Positions 50,065 through 58,787 of a stretch of DNA of 64,000 nt are shown here, piece after piece (within the stretch, counting starts at the first letter, position 1; each line of letters begins with the position of its first letter). The notes under the pieces are model-generated. The model did not search any database. It had not been told where the DNA came from and saw nothing but the letters and a program-made list of their open reading frames with translations. This stretch comes from a virus. Lineage: Duplodnaviria; Caudoviricetes. Made by a program: the position numbers and the translations under genes. Where the stretch lies: positions 484 through 64,483 of the IMG/VR virus record IMGVR_UViG_3300047323_000320. One strand, written 5' to 3'.

Positions 50065-50344
50065 ACTTCCTCCTGTTTAGGCGCCCATAGTAGCGTGCCC
50101 TTAACAGGATGAACAAGTGGATTGTGTGCGGTCGCGCTCGTTGGGCGTATGTATTGCTGTACGTATGTACGTAAGGAAGGGGAAAGGTATGGCGTCACGG
50201 CCCCCTGGCCATGTCAGCAGGGGGCCGTGACTAGGCTGCCACGCTTGCTATTTAACACCGGCGGCGAGCCGCTACCGGCGGGCGCTTGTGAGCGGGCTTT
50301 GTGTCGGGGCCTGCCTCGGGCCCGTGGGTGCGCCCCGTGGGTAA

Positions 50345-51742
50345 TCAGTTCGTGGCGCTGCGGGGTTCGATCAGGCGGCGCTCGCCAATCACGTTCTCGG
50401 CCAGCATGCGCAGGGCCTCCCAATAGGCCCAGCCCGGTTGCGACGGGTCCATGCCCATGTCCCAGGTCAGGACCGCGTGGGCGAGGGAGCCGGCTTCCTG
50501 CGTCTGCACGTCCGGCGGCGCCAGGCGCGGCCAGAACACCGGGTTGTCCTCGCCCAGGCTGTTGTGAATCTGCGAGGTCGACATACTGGCGGGAAACGCC
50601 TTGTGGTGCCAGCCCTGGATCATGTGCGGACTGTCGCCGCGCGCCTCGATGTATACATAGACGTGCGTATGCTCGGCTTCGCGTACGTCGAAACGTACCT
50701 CCACCAGCTCATAGGTGCTATCGGCCATTCTTCGGTCCTTCTTGTGTATGTGGGGTTGCGTCGCTCTCACGGCGACGTGGAACGTTCAGGCTGCTCACCA
50801 CGTAATCACCTGCCGGCACCACATAGAAAAAGCGGCTCTCCAGGCAAACGGGGCGAGCGTCCTCCGCGCATTGTACGAAGTACCTCGTACGCAGTCGCGC
50901 AGAATACATCCACATGACCATGAACAGCACCATCCCCAGCAACGCACCGTAGTAGAAATCGTCAGTCACCGCCCCAGCCCCCGCCGCAGTCGCTCGATGA
51001 AGAGCCGCTGTCGCTGCTCGATGAGCTGCTGTCGCACGACGATGAGCTGACGCCGTAGTCGATGTCGCTGGAGCTGGGCCGCGCGTCGCAGCTGCCGGCG
51101 ATCGGCGATAGGGATTCCGTTGCCGGTGCGGGCACGAAATGAACCGTGCTGCCATTGGCCATGCGCCACGTTTCCGTCACATCAGGCTCGTTGTTCACAT
51201 AACGCGAACTGGAAGAGTTCACGGAATGCGAAGTGTGGTACTTGTGGCAGCGGCCGCAGTATTTGTGCTTGATGTCGTTGCTGTTGTACGACGCGCTGCC
51301 GCACTGGTCGCAGCGGATCGCGCGGCCGTTGTCAATCATGGTGTAGCTCATGTTCTCTCCTTTGCCTGTGCCGCCTGAACGCGGCCTAATAAACGTTCGA
51401 ACCGTTGCTTCTCGGCTTCGCACACTTCCAGTTCCTCGGCGTATTCAAACACGTCGGGGCAGCTGCCGATATGCATTTGCACGTCGCTGATGGCATGCGA
51501 CAGCGCGCATGCAACCAGTTCTAGGTTCTTGCCCGTGAAGCGCATCTAAGCCTCTCCATGTATTCATTCCACTCGCGCTCGCAGCGGTCGCACGAGTCGC
51601 CGTAAAACTCCACTTCCACGGCCGTCAGAATCTCGCCGCACTCGCTGCAGGCCCGGTAGGCGCACACCAGGCAGCGGTAGTGCGGCATGCCCACGTCCTC
51701 GGCGTACTGACAGTTCGGCCCGCCCTGGGCACAGGTCGTCAT
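50345..51742 (-). CDS. Five small hypothetical genes (50345-50728, 50718-~50965, 50962-51351, 51348-51545, 51521-51742)
   Basis: Coupled ORFs. 50962-51351 has CxxC...CxxCH and a Ser/Gly tail; 51521-51742 is Cys-rich. Confidence 0.6.
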
Positions 51743-52431
51743 GCGACCGCCCGCAGCAGCGCGTCGAACGGTCCCGCGTAGACGCCCAGGCGCCGCGCTT
51801 CGATCACCGCGTGGTATTTCTGGAAGTGGCGCGCGTGGCGCTCGCGCGGCGTGAGCAGCACGCGTTTCACGTCGAACCCGTTGCCCAGCGTAAAACGCGG
51901 CGTCTGCTGGCTGCGGTGGCCCACGCGGTCATAGCCACACACGCGCATGCGCTGCAGCGGCACCACGCCTTCGCGCATGAGGCGCACGAAGCGGCCCACG
52001 CCCGATATGGTGAGCCCGCTGAACGCGGCCATTTCGTGAATGTTCATCGGCCCGTTGGTGGCCAGCTCCAGCACGAGTGCATGGCGCGCGGCGTGCCGGT
52101 TCTTGCGCTTGCGGTCGGGCGCATAGCGGCCCACGCGCACAATCTTCGCGTCAGGGGCGTCGCCGATCCCGTACAGGGGAATGTGAGGCCCCGCGCCCAC
52201 GGGCGGCTCCCAAGCCGCTATACGCACGCGTGGCAGGCCCGGTACACCCTTCTTCAGGTGGCGCATGTACTTCGACATGCCCTCATGCCCCAGGAACACG
52301 AGTGGCGAGAGCTGGCGCGCGGTCATCGGGCCGTGCTGCTGGAGCGCGGCGACGATGCGTTTTTCGCCCCGGTACTTCGGGAAGTTGTACGCACCGCCGC
52401 GCTTGCGTTTGGGTTCAGCTGCGTTCGCCAT
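51739..52431 (-). CDS. Tandem winged-HTH-like DNA-binding protein
   Basis: Two internal repeats GPM...L/M...G..Y/F.R....G...R. Confidence 0.6.
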   Translation of the reverse strand: MANAAEPKRKRGGAYNFPKYRGEKRIVAALQQHGPMTARQLSPLVFLGHEGMSKYMRHLKKGVPGLPRVRIAAWEPPVGAGPHIPLYGIGDAPDAKIVRVGRYAPDRKRKNRHAARHALVLELATNGPMNIHEMAAFSGLTISGVGRFVRLMREGVVPLQRMRVCGYDRVGHRSQQTPRFTLGNGFDVKRVLLTPRERHARHFQKYHAVIEARRLGVYAGPFDALLRAVA

Positions 52432-53271
52432 ACCGGATTTCAGGCCAGAAAATGATGAGGGCGCGCGAACTGGTGTCGTACTGCGCGGTCTCCAGGATCG
52501 CGTCCAGGTCATCGGCGTCCATCGCTGAGCGGCCCGTGGTCGCCTCCTGCATCATCATGGCGCCCAGCCGCAGCGGGTTGCCGTCCTTGCGGTCCAGCTC
52601 CACAGCCAGCGCACCATACGGGCGCCGGTCGTAGGGGTAGGGCGTGCCACAGAAGCCCTGGTGGCCCAGGTCCTCCAGCAGCTCCTGGAACGTGTCAAAC
52701 ATGGCTGACTCCCCGGCGCAACGCGCGCAGCTTCGCGATGTTCAGCCGCAGCTCGGCGGCCGCTTCCTTCGGGTCGTTGCCGTTCTCCAGCCACGCGGCC
52801 GTACACTCCAGCGAATTCTGCAGCTTCCATTCGAACTCGCTGAGGCTGTTGGTGCCCTGCGTCGACGCCACCGGGTCCGCATAGAGCGGCACGCCGATGT
52901 TCGACACGTTCTCGCGGAACAGGATCGCCATGTGCCGGCCGAACGTGGCGACGTTCTCCAGCACGTCCGGCGCGCCCACGAAGCACACGGGCATCTGGAT
53001 TTTCGCGAGGGACAGCTGGCGCTCGCGCTGGGCCTTCTCGCCGTCGCGAAAGCCGACGTTGTAGGACTGCGCGAATTCAGTTGCTGCGCTCATGACTCAC
53101 TCCCTCGATTGAGTTGGCGGTGTCGCGCAGGCCGCTCACGATCGCTTCGCGGTACTGCGCGTTATCCAGGTCGCCGGCAGCGGTCATAACCAGCTGGCCG
53201 TCCTCTTCGGTGAACGCGACGAAAAACACCGCCTCTTCTGTCTCTATCTCAAAATCGTTCGGCTCGTTCAT
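52415..53271 (-). CDS. Three hypothetical genes (52415-52702, 52695-53093, 53077-53271)
   Basis: Coupled ORFs with SD sites. Confidence 0.6.
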
Positions 53272-53918
53272 ACAAGCTCCGCAACATGGTTGGCTTTGAA
53301 GCACGCGCGGGCAAACCCCAGCGGCGTCGCGCTCCGAATGTTGTGCCGCTCGGGTCCCGGCGGGCACTTGTGGATACGGTCGTCCGGCTGGCCCACGTCC
53401 AGCAGGCGAGCCGCCATGGGCATTACGAAGCCGCCGCCGGTCCACAGGCAGGTGCGCTTCCTGTAGTTGTCGGCCGGCTCATACTCGGTGTAGTAGTGCG
53501 GCTGAAACGTGTAATCGCACTTGCGCCAGTGGCTCGCGATGTTGCTCACCGGGTTTTCGATCAGGTAGGGCGCGCCGCTCCACTCGCAGAACTCGGCGGC
53601 CGTGGCGAACATTTCCACGCTTAGCGCGAGCTTGCGCAGGCCCTTGCCCTTGAACCATCGCGCGCCCGATACGGCCAGGTGATCGCACGGCGGGAAAGCC
53701 GTGACGAACGCGATGCGCGAGCGGTCGACGGGGCACAGCCAGGGTTTTGTGAGGTCCCAATGAACCTTGTGCAGACGGCCTTCCGTGGTAACGCCGCCGG
53801 TCTCGTAGGCGGGCGGGTGCTGAAGGTCAACGATCCAGCACTCATAGCCGGCCTCAAGCCACGGCTCAACCATCTTGCCGGTCACGTCAAACAGGCTGAT
53901 AACAACGTCGCGCATCAT
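53268..53918 (-). CDS. Short C5-cytosine methyltransferase-like protein
   Basis: ISLFD.TG (motif I-like), FPPC (IV), IENPV (VI), K.T.LW and RSATP.GF. Confidence 0.75.
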   Translation of the reverse strand: MMRDVVISLFDVTGKMVEPWLEAGYECWIVDLQHPPAYETGGVTTEGRLHKVHWDLTKPWLCPVDRSRIAFVTAFPPCDHLAVSGARWFKGKGLRKLALSVEMFATAAEFCEWSGAPYLIENPVSNIASHWRKCDYTFQPHYYTEYEPADNYRKRTCLWTGGGFVMPMAARLLDVGQPDDRIHKCPPGPERHNIRSATPLGFARACFKANHVAELV

Positions 53919-54176
53919 TGTGGCTCCGCACCGTAGAGCAGCGCCCAGGCGCTTCCGATGATCGTGAGGAACACGAACACACCGAACAGCCAGCTCAGCA
54001 GTTCCATGGCCTCTTCTCTTGCGTGGTATCGGGTTGCTGATCCAGCAATTCGATAGCCGCCTCACTCACGGCGGTATCGAATGCCTGCATCGCTTCCACG
54101 CGGCCCCAGCCGGTCTTGGCCTGGAGTCGCGCGGAGAACTTCGCACGGACCAGCTCAATGAGCTGGGCATTCATGC

Positions 54177-54815
54177 TCAGTCCAGGAAGTCGCCGCCGGC
54201 GGTCGCCGGTGCTTCCACGCCTTCCACGTCGCCGAACTCGTTGGCAACCTGGCCTGCGTCCTGCTGGCCCTTGCCGAACGGCACGCCCTTGGCTGAGAAC
54301 TGCACGGCCTTCCAGCGCGTCGACACGCCGTTTTTGTCCGTGTCGTAGCCGAAGAAGTCGAGCTTCACGTAACCGAAGTCGCCCGACTGCCAGCCCTGCG
54401 TGTCCGACAGGTCCAGCGGAATGCTCTTCGGCGACAGCGTTACCGGCGCGTTATCCAGGTCGGCGCGCGTGCTGATGTACATACAGCCGGGGTAGCGCGG
54501 ATTGCCCTCGTTGTCGGTCTCGGTATCGCCGTCCTTCAGGCAGGTATCGAACTTGGCGAGCGGCTTGCCGAACTTCTTGGTGAGCGCGTGCTGGATACGC
54601 TCGCGCACGAACTTCAGCAGCTCCGTGTCGGTCTTTTCGATCACCACGACGACGCTGAACTCGTCGCACTTGCGCATCTTGTTCAGGCGCGGTTTCCAGG
54701 CCGCCATGTGCGACAGGCGCACCGGGCCGAAAATCGCGGTCGAGCCCGACTTGTTATCAGCGTCGGTGACGATCGTCTTGAGCTTGCCTTTGCCTTCGCG
54801 GGAAAAATCAGTCAT
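54177..54815 (-). CDS. ssDNA-binding protein (DUF2815-like)
   Basis: VRLS...W.P, LKDGD, FFGY....GV.....VQF...G.PFG and an acidic tail. Confidence 0.8.
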   Translation of the reverse strand: MTDFSREGKGKLKTIVTDADNKSGSTAIFGPVRLSHMAAWKPRLNKMRKCDEFSVVVVIEKTDTELLKFVRERIQHALTKKFGKPLAKFDTCLKDGDTETDNEGNPRYPGCMYISTRADLDNAPVTLSPKSIPLDLSDTQGWQSGDFGYVKLDFFGYDTDKNGVSTRWKAVQFSAKGVPFGKGQQDAGQVANEFGDVEGVEAPATAGGDFLD

Positions 54816-54835
54816 GTTTTAAGGTCTCTTCAGGT

Positions 54836-56128
54836 TCATTCAACGGGTTCGAAGCCTTCAGCGGCTTTCGCTTTGTCATCCAGCTCGGGCCTGGGGTCGG
54901 TCTCATCCACGAGAACCGGCTTGCCGCGCGGCTTCGTGATGTACTCGCCCAGCAGGGCCTCAAACTTTTTCTTGCCTTTGAGCAGCGCGGTCATGTCCGT
55001 GATACCCAGCAGCTTCTGCTTCAGGTACTGCTCGGGTTTGAAGCCTTCGAGCGCGAGCGCCGTCTTAACTGCACCTTCATCCGTGTACTTGCGATTGGCG
55101 CGGCCTTCAACGAGCTTTTTGCCCTTGAACTTCTTGCCCTTTCCTGCCTCTTCGAGCGCCCATGTTTCCAGGTCGCCCGCCCACTTCTGCAAGTGCTGCG
55201 CTTCCGCGAGGCACTGGATTACTTCATCGTCCGTCAACAGCGCCGGCTCGCGGAACTGGTAAATCGTCATGGCTCTCATCCGTTCGTTGCGCTCGCGGCA
55301 GTGAACCTTCGCCTTGCAGAACTGGCACGCTTCGGCGTCCGAAGCGTTGAATTCCACGTTACTCAGGTCTCCGGTTTCCATCGCGTGCCACACGCGGTCG
55401 GCGGTCGGCTTCACGCGGCTTTCCGCCCACTCCAGCAACTCGGCAACGGAAATTTCCCACTGCGCGATGTTGTTGATGCGCGGCTGGTACAGGTTCAGCA
55501 CCACGCGCTTCAGGTCAAACAGATGCCGGAACATGTTCCAGGCGCCCAGCGCGTACAGCATCAGCTGCACGTTTTCTTCCACGCCTACGAACACGCCCTT
55601 GCCATACTTCAGGTCCGTCACGTCCAGCACTTCGTCACTGATAATCACGCAGTCGCCGGTTCCGAATCCTTCCGGGACCCAGGGCGAGAAGTCCACGCGC
55701 TGCTCAATGAAAACGATCGCGTCGGGGTTGCGCTGCTTTGCTTCCTCGATACGGCCCTGCACGTAGTCGATGTAGTCCTGAACGTACTCCTGCATGTCGG
55801 CGGGGTAGGCCGTTTCAAGCTCTTCGAGTGCTTCATCGCGCAGGTCCCAGGCGCGCTGAATGACCGTGGCTTCTGCCAGGCCTTCCAGCATTACGCACAG
55901 GCCCCACTCGATGTCTACACGTTTGCGCTCCAGCCATTCGTGCGCAGTAAGTCCTGCTTCCAGAGCCTCGCCGGCCCATGTGTGGGCTCGGGTTCCTTCC
56001 TCGGAGAATGAGCTGGCCTTGTCAGCGAATCCCAGCTCAGCCCAGGCAGATGCAGTGCAATGCATCCACCGATGAGCCCCACTAGCAGATAGCTTGGCGT
56101 GCGCACGCGGATTTTCATGAACGCTCAT
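54836..56128 (-). CDS. DUF2800 Cas4-like PD-(D/E)xK exonuclease
   Basis: HA.LSASGA.RW..C, EGT.AH, GFGT.D, DLKYG.G, QLMLYALGA and C.FC. Confidence 0.88.
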   Translation of the reverse strand: MSVHENPRAHAKLSASGAHRWMHCTASAWAELGFADKASSFSEEGTRAHTWAGEALEAGLTAHEWLERKRVDIEWGLCVMLEGLAEATVIQRAWDLRDEALEELETAYPADMQEYVQDYIDYVQGRIEEAKQRNPDAIVFIEQRVDFSPWVPEGFGTGDCVIISDEVLDVTDLKYGKGVFVGVEENVQLMLYALGAWNMFRHLFDLKRVVLNLYQPRINNIAQWEISVAELLEWAESRVKPTADRVWHAMETGDLSNVEFNASDAEACQFCKAKVHCRERNERMRAMTIYQFREPALLTDDEVIQCLAEAQHLQKWAGDLETWALEEAGKGKKFKGKKLVEGRANRKYTDEGAVKTALALEGFKPEQYLKQKLLGITDMTALLKGKKKFEALLGEYITKPRGKPVLVDETDPRPELDDKAKAAEGFEPVE

Positions 56129-56544
56129 TGCCCCTGCGCAGCATCGCCGTGCACCGTTGCGTCGTTCGCCGCGACGCCAGTGACACGCTCGATGCTCGTT
56201 CCGCCGATCTTGTCCATCAGCTCGGGCAGGACCTCGCACACGGCCGCAAGGAAACGATGGCACGGGTTGTACGGGTCGAACTCCTGCGAGCCGATGAGTA
56301 CGCCCTGAATGGCCAGTTCGAACTCGCCGGTCTCTTCGTGCTTCTTCAGCATGCACTGAACGACGGTCGAGCCTTCCGGCAGCGTCGGCAGGTTCTTGAG
56401 TGCTTCGGCCTGTTCGTTCAGCTCTGCGTGCAGCTCGGTCAGCTCTGCGTGCAGCTCGGCGTGGGCCTCACTTGCCGCCGGCGCAACGAATGTGACGCCT
56501 GCAGCATCTTCTTGTGTGTTGGTCTCTTCGCGAATGTCGGTCAT
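56125..56544 (-). CDS. Acidic hypothetical protein
   Basis: Coupled ORF; AELH repeats. Confidence 0.7.
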   Translation of the reverse strand: MTDIREETNTQEDAAGVTFVAPAASEAHAELHAELTELHAELNEQAEALKNLPTLPEGSTVVQCMLKKHEETGEFELAIQGVLIGSQEFDPYNPCHRFLAAVCEVLPELMDKIGGTSIERVTGVAANDATVHGDAAQGQ

Positions 56545-56551
56545 GGTCTGT

Positions 56552-57085
56552 TTAGCTCAGGTTGTGTTGTGCTGCAGCTGCCTTGAAGTCCGCGAGTGCG
56601 CTGACGCGGATGATGTTGTCCCGCTCGGCGAGCGCCGTGACGCTGGCCGCGTCGTGCTTGGCCAGGATCGCCAGCGCAATCTCGCGCAGCTCGTCGGTGT
56701 TGAAGAGGCGTGCGATCGCACGGATGTCCTCAATCTTCACTTCGTCGGCCGGCTTCCCAGAATCCTGGGAACCCTCGAGAACGGCTTTTGCCTGCGCGAT
56801 GACTGCCGACTGGTCTGCCGTCGCGGTTTCGGCCGGTTCGGTCCTGACTTCTTCGGCGGCCGGCGCACGCCTGCGGCGCGGCTTCTCGGCGGGCATCACT
56901 TCGGCAGCAGCGGCCGCCGGCGTTTCAGCAGCGACGACCCGCTCCTGCGGCGCGGCGGTAGGCTCGGGCTGGCCGCGCGTCAGGATGTACTCTTCGGTCG
57001 CTTCATCGACGTAGGCTCGCAACGCAGACAGCACAGCGCGCAGCATGCCCGGTGTCTCGAAGCCGTTAAGCTCGATAGACAGCAT
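56552..57085 (-). CDS. Hypothetical protein, first long gene of the pL operon
   Basis: GAGG SD before MLSIELN; helical C-terminus typical of genes upstream of DUF2800. Confidence 0.7.
   Translation of the reverse strand: MLSIELNGFETPGMLRAVLSALRAYVDEATEEYILTRGQPEPTAAPQERVVAAETPAAAAAEVMPAEKPRRRRAPAAEEVRTEPAETATADQSAVIAQAKAVLEGSQDSGKPADEVKIEDIRAIARLFNTDELREIALAILAKHDAASVTALAERDNIIRVSALADFKAAAAQHNLS
56751..56789 (-). repeat. 39-bp repeat, copy 2
   Basis: Inverted relative to 34594-34632. Confidence 0.85.
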
Positions 57086-57230
57086 GGTTTTCCTCGGGAA
57101 TGGGTCAGACTCGGCGGCCGTGGACGGCGCGCTCGTAGAAATACAGGAAGGATTTGTTGCGGATTTGGACGTGCATTTTATGTAGGCTCTCAGGTTCAAC
57201 GGGTTCAACAGTTTCAACACAACTACAAGC

Positions 57231-57508
57231 AGTCCTAAACAGACGGTGGCGCCGGTTTCCCGCTTTTGACCACGGCCGCCGCTGGGGTGAAGAGCCCCAG
57301 CACGGGCAGCGGCAGGGCGGGAACCGACAGAAGTGGGCGCGCCCCATCGTTGGTGGCGGGTAGAGGCCCGCTCGCGCCCACTTCTTTCGGTTCCTGCAGT
57401 CCTGAGAATCTTCAGGTCACAGCGCAGCGTGGCCTGTGCGTGACGTGAGAGGTATCAGTGTTCACGGTTTAGGACTTACGTTCGCGCGCCGTGACCTGAA
57501 GATTCTCA
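57231..57508 (-). ncRNA. Putative structured leader RNA or small RNA
   Basis: 18-bp stem 57403-57420/57491-57508; 21-of-22-bp stem 57320-57341/57373-57394; 7-bp stem 57281-57287/57295-57301. Confidence 0.5.
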
Positions 57509-57512
57509 AGCG

Positions 57513-57529
57513 ATTGAGCTTTTCTCAAT
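57513..57529. promoter_or_regulatory. Operator overlapping the putative pL (extended -10 TGGTAGAAT on the minus strand)
   Basis: ATTGAGCTTTTCTCAAT dyad. Confidence 0.7.
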
Positions 57530-57539
57530 TCTACCACCT

Positions 57540-57576
57540 AAAAATTGCCCCGAACCGTTCCTGCGAATCGGGGCAA
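57540..57576 (-). terminator. Terminator after the repressor gene
   Basis: TTGCCCCGA...TCGGGGCAA followed by a T-run on the minus strand. Confidence 0.6.
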
Positions 57577-57685
57577 GTGGTGTGATAGGAATGTAGCCGG
57601 TGTTTTTTCCGACCGCAAGGGGATTTCGTAAATATTCTTACGAACTGATACAAACCTGTCCTTGCATGCTGTTAAGGGGCAGTGT

Positions 57686-58303
57686 TTACCCCCGCTTGAA
57701 CCAGTCGATTGTAGTGGCAGATTTGACCGGAATATCCACCAGCTGCCGCTTGGACAAGGGGTGCGTCAGTGTGTACAGGCCGTCCGCTGTGCCCCGTGAC
57801 AGCTCGCCGAACAGGGGTTTATCCTCATCGACGTAGGCCACGACAATCTGACCGACGCAGTGATAAAGCTCCAGCGCGCCGAAGCTCACGAAGCAGACCA
57901 TGTGCGACCAGTACGAATTGGGAAAATCGGTACTTCTTACCCTGAACGCCCAGGAATCGCTGGGCAGGCCAGGCGGTGCGGGAATCATCGCGAATGGCTG
58001 CGGCGCGGGGACCAGCTGGCAGTCGTCCATCGCCAGGCAGGTGAGCGCAATGAGCGGACTTTCCAGCGTCGGCGGGAAGCCCCAGCGCGCCATGATTTCA
58101 GCGGTCGGGACCTTGATGATGTCGCTTAACTTCTTGAGTTCATTCAGGTTTAGCTTGCGCTCGCCCTTCAGCGTGTAGCTCAGCGTCGCCGGGTCAATCT
58201 TCATCAATGCCGATACATCCTTCTGCGAAAGATTGCGCCGCCTGAACTGCTCCAGTATCCAGACCCTATCGGGCGCCCCCGGTTTTTTCGGCTCGTTACT
58301 CAT
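57686..58303 (-). CDS. CI-like HTH repressor
   Basis: LSQKDVS.LM.ID.ATLS..LKGERKL (XRE HTH); divergent from the cro-like gene. Confidence 0.8.
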   Translation of the reverse strand: MSNEPKKPGAPDRVWILEQFRRRNLSQKDVSALMKIDPATLSYTLKGERKLNLNELKKLSDIIKVPTAEIMARWGFPPTLESPLIALTCLAMDDCQLVPAPQPFAMIPAPPGLPSDSWAFRVRSTDFPNSYWSHMVCFVSFGALELYHCVGQIVVAYVDEDKPLFGELSRGTADGLYTLTHPLSKRQLVDIPVKSATTIDWFKRG

Positions 58304-58360
58304 GTTGAAGCCCCTTTTGCATAGTAATGACATTGTGTAATATCGACGCCTTAACGACCG

Positions 58361-58377
58361 ATTGAGAAAATCTCAAT
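58361..58377. promoter_or_regulatory. Operator between cI and cro, ATTGAGAAAATCTCAAT
   Basis: Near-perfect dyad in the divergent intergenic region. Confidence 0.75.
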
Positions 58378-58416
58378 TCTGCTGCCTCATTTTGCCCCCT
58401 TTCCCTGCCCTTAACA

Positions 58417-58719
58417 ATGACAAAGACCAAACCCAAAGCTGGCAAGCGTTCGGTGCCGAACACTGCCGCACAATCGGCGCGTCGGGTGAACGACGCCGAA
58501 CCCGCGCATTCGATCATCAGAAAGCTCGGCGGCGTTCGCGCGCTGGCTGCAGCGGTAGGCGTGTCGCCGGCGGCGGTGACGCGCTGGCAGACCCACAAGA
58601 CGGACGCGGACAGAAATGGCTGCGACGGTGTGATCCCGGAATTCCGGCGCGCGGCGGTGATTGCGGCCGGACGCGCGATGCGTCGGCGCGTGACCAAGGC
58701 TGAATTCATCAAGTCGTAA
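58417..58719 (+). CDS. Cro-like HTH protein
   Basis: II.KLGG..ALA..VGVS..AV.RW....G.IP. Confidence 0.8.
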   Translation: MTKTKPKAGKRSVPNTAAQSARRVNDAEPAHSIIRKLGGVRALAAAVGVSPAAVTRWQTHKTDADRNGCDGVIPEFRRAAVIAAGRAMRRRVTKAEFIKS

Positions 58720-58787
58720 CGTGCGTAACCCAGCAGGGGTGCGCCGCAGGGCGGCACTGTACCTGTTTTCGACTTGTGGAGCCATGC

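Noticed and set aside
54836-56128. Cas4-like nuclease as a CRISPR component
   Set aside because: DUF2800 next to DUF2815 SSB, with PolA in the same operon, is a standard phage replication/recombination module
57240-57510. tRNA in the structured region
   Set aside because: No T-loop (TTCGA) or D-loop pattern with tRNA spacing, and the stems are too long
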